A stretch of 64,000 bases of DNA from Lama glama (taxonomy: Eukaryota): positions 89,468,001-89,532,000 of the forward strand of contig CM052817.1 in NCBI GenBank assembly GCA_028534125.1. The letters are read 5' to 3'. The position numbers and the translations under genes are program-made. A model generated the notes under the pieces. That model was not told the origin of the DNA. It did not search any database and saw nothing but the letters and a program-made list of their open reading frames with translations. Shown here piece by piece: positions 62,912-64,000 of the stretch (position 1 is the stretch's first letter; each line of letters begins with the position of its first letter).

Positions 62912-64000
62912 AATACTAAGGAACAGATGTGCTTGCTATAAAGGAAAGAGGGCATTAGCAGAAATAACTTTACTAAAGGATGAATAGTAAACTATGTACT
63001 TCTGTTTGATGCTGTGGTCCACAGAACTGTATAGAAATAGGGTACTGAGTGGGGTGAAAGTGAAATCATTGGAACTAAAGTGAAAGAATGTGGCTATTGA
63101 ACCTGACATGTAATTTACACATTCAAGGTGCTTGTAGAAATTGTTGCAAAGTCTCTGAACCTGAAAGCCAAGGTGAGAAGTCAAGTAGATGTATCCAGAT
63201 AGCCTAAGCCTCAAAGGCATTTTTTTTCCTTAGAAAGGGAAAACAATGATTTATGGTGATCAGTCATAATGGGAGGGGTCACAATAATGCTGGAGGTTTC
63301 CTCTAGCCAGGTAGGATATGTAACATAAGATACTTCTTAAGAGTTCCAGCCAAATATTATATAATTATATAATATAGAAAATCATATAATATAGATTTTT
63401 CTAATTCTTTCCTCATAAATCAGATTTAAGTTAAACATTTTTGTATGTGTGTCAAAAATACCGGATGGGTGATTTCCTGTTGCATAACAACATCATGACA
63501 CACATAAGAATGCCATTTTCTCCTTATCACTGATGCCAAGTTTGATTATTATACCTGCTCTTGCCTTCTAGATCGTTGTATCAGAAAGGAAAATATGTTC
63601 CTTTAGTTTTATGTAAATAATACACAAGGTGTTGCTTAAAACATGTGTCAATGATTTTTAACATTTATTAACAACCTTTGCTTGATTAAGAAATTATTTT
63701 AGTAGTCACAAATGATGATTTTCTGTTTTCCTAGTACATGTATATGCTAATATTCTTCTGTTAGAAAAGAGCTTTTTTCTTCCCCCCTTTTCTTTTAGGT
63801 AGCACTATGGATTCATGCATAATATGTTATAATTGATTACTCTTATCTTTAATGATGTTTATTTGTCTCTAATTTGGCCCTTGAGGGTCCCTTTCTTGCT
63901 AGATCATGTGCAATTTGATATGTTCCCATTAGTTCTGGTGTATGTCCTTGTTTTCTGGGTCTCTTACTCATTTCATAATATTCTCTTATGTGCAGTGAAG

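Noticed and set aside
1..64000. Prokaryote-style systems (CRISPR, operons, defence islands)
   Set aside because: The sequence is mammalian and repeat-rich, with no repeat-spacer arrays and no long ORFs (maximum 146 aa).

Overview
AT-rich, CpG-depleted mammalian nuclear DNA, most likely camelid (two tRNA-Ala-derived vic-1-like SINEs and young L1 3' ends). It is not prokaryotic: there are no operons, CRISPR arrays, rRNA genes or intact tRNA genes. Much of the window is interspersed repeat: ERV1, ERVL and MaLR solo LTRs (two nested insertions), two L1MC-type LINEs, an old antisense L1, MIR and L2 fragments, MER3 and Tigger2-derived DNA transposons, and microsatellites. Most ORFs in the supplied track look like chance or repeat-derived frames. 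I could not recognise any known protein-coding gene. Several small splice-site-flanked, phase-compatible exon candidates exist (both strands at 1.3-2.5 kb, + strand 44.6-52.5 kb, - strand 52.1-58.2 kb), but they are unverified. The best-supported oddities are a TSD-flanked 23-nt tRNA-Cys fragment inside a composite env-containing LTR element, an antisense poly(A)-tailed retrocopy inside an L1, and a ~130-bp local duplication. I see no convincing evidence of a new multi-gene system. Repeat family names come from recalled consensus sequences, not a search.
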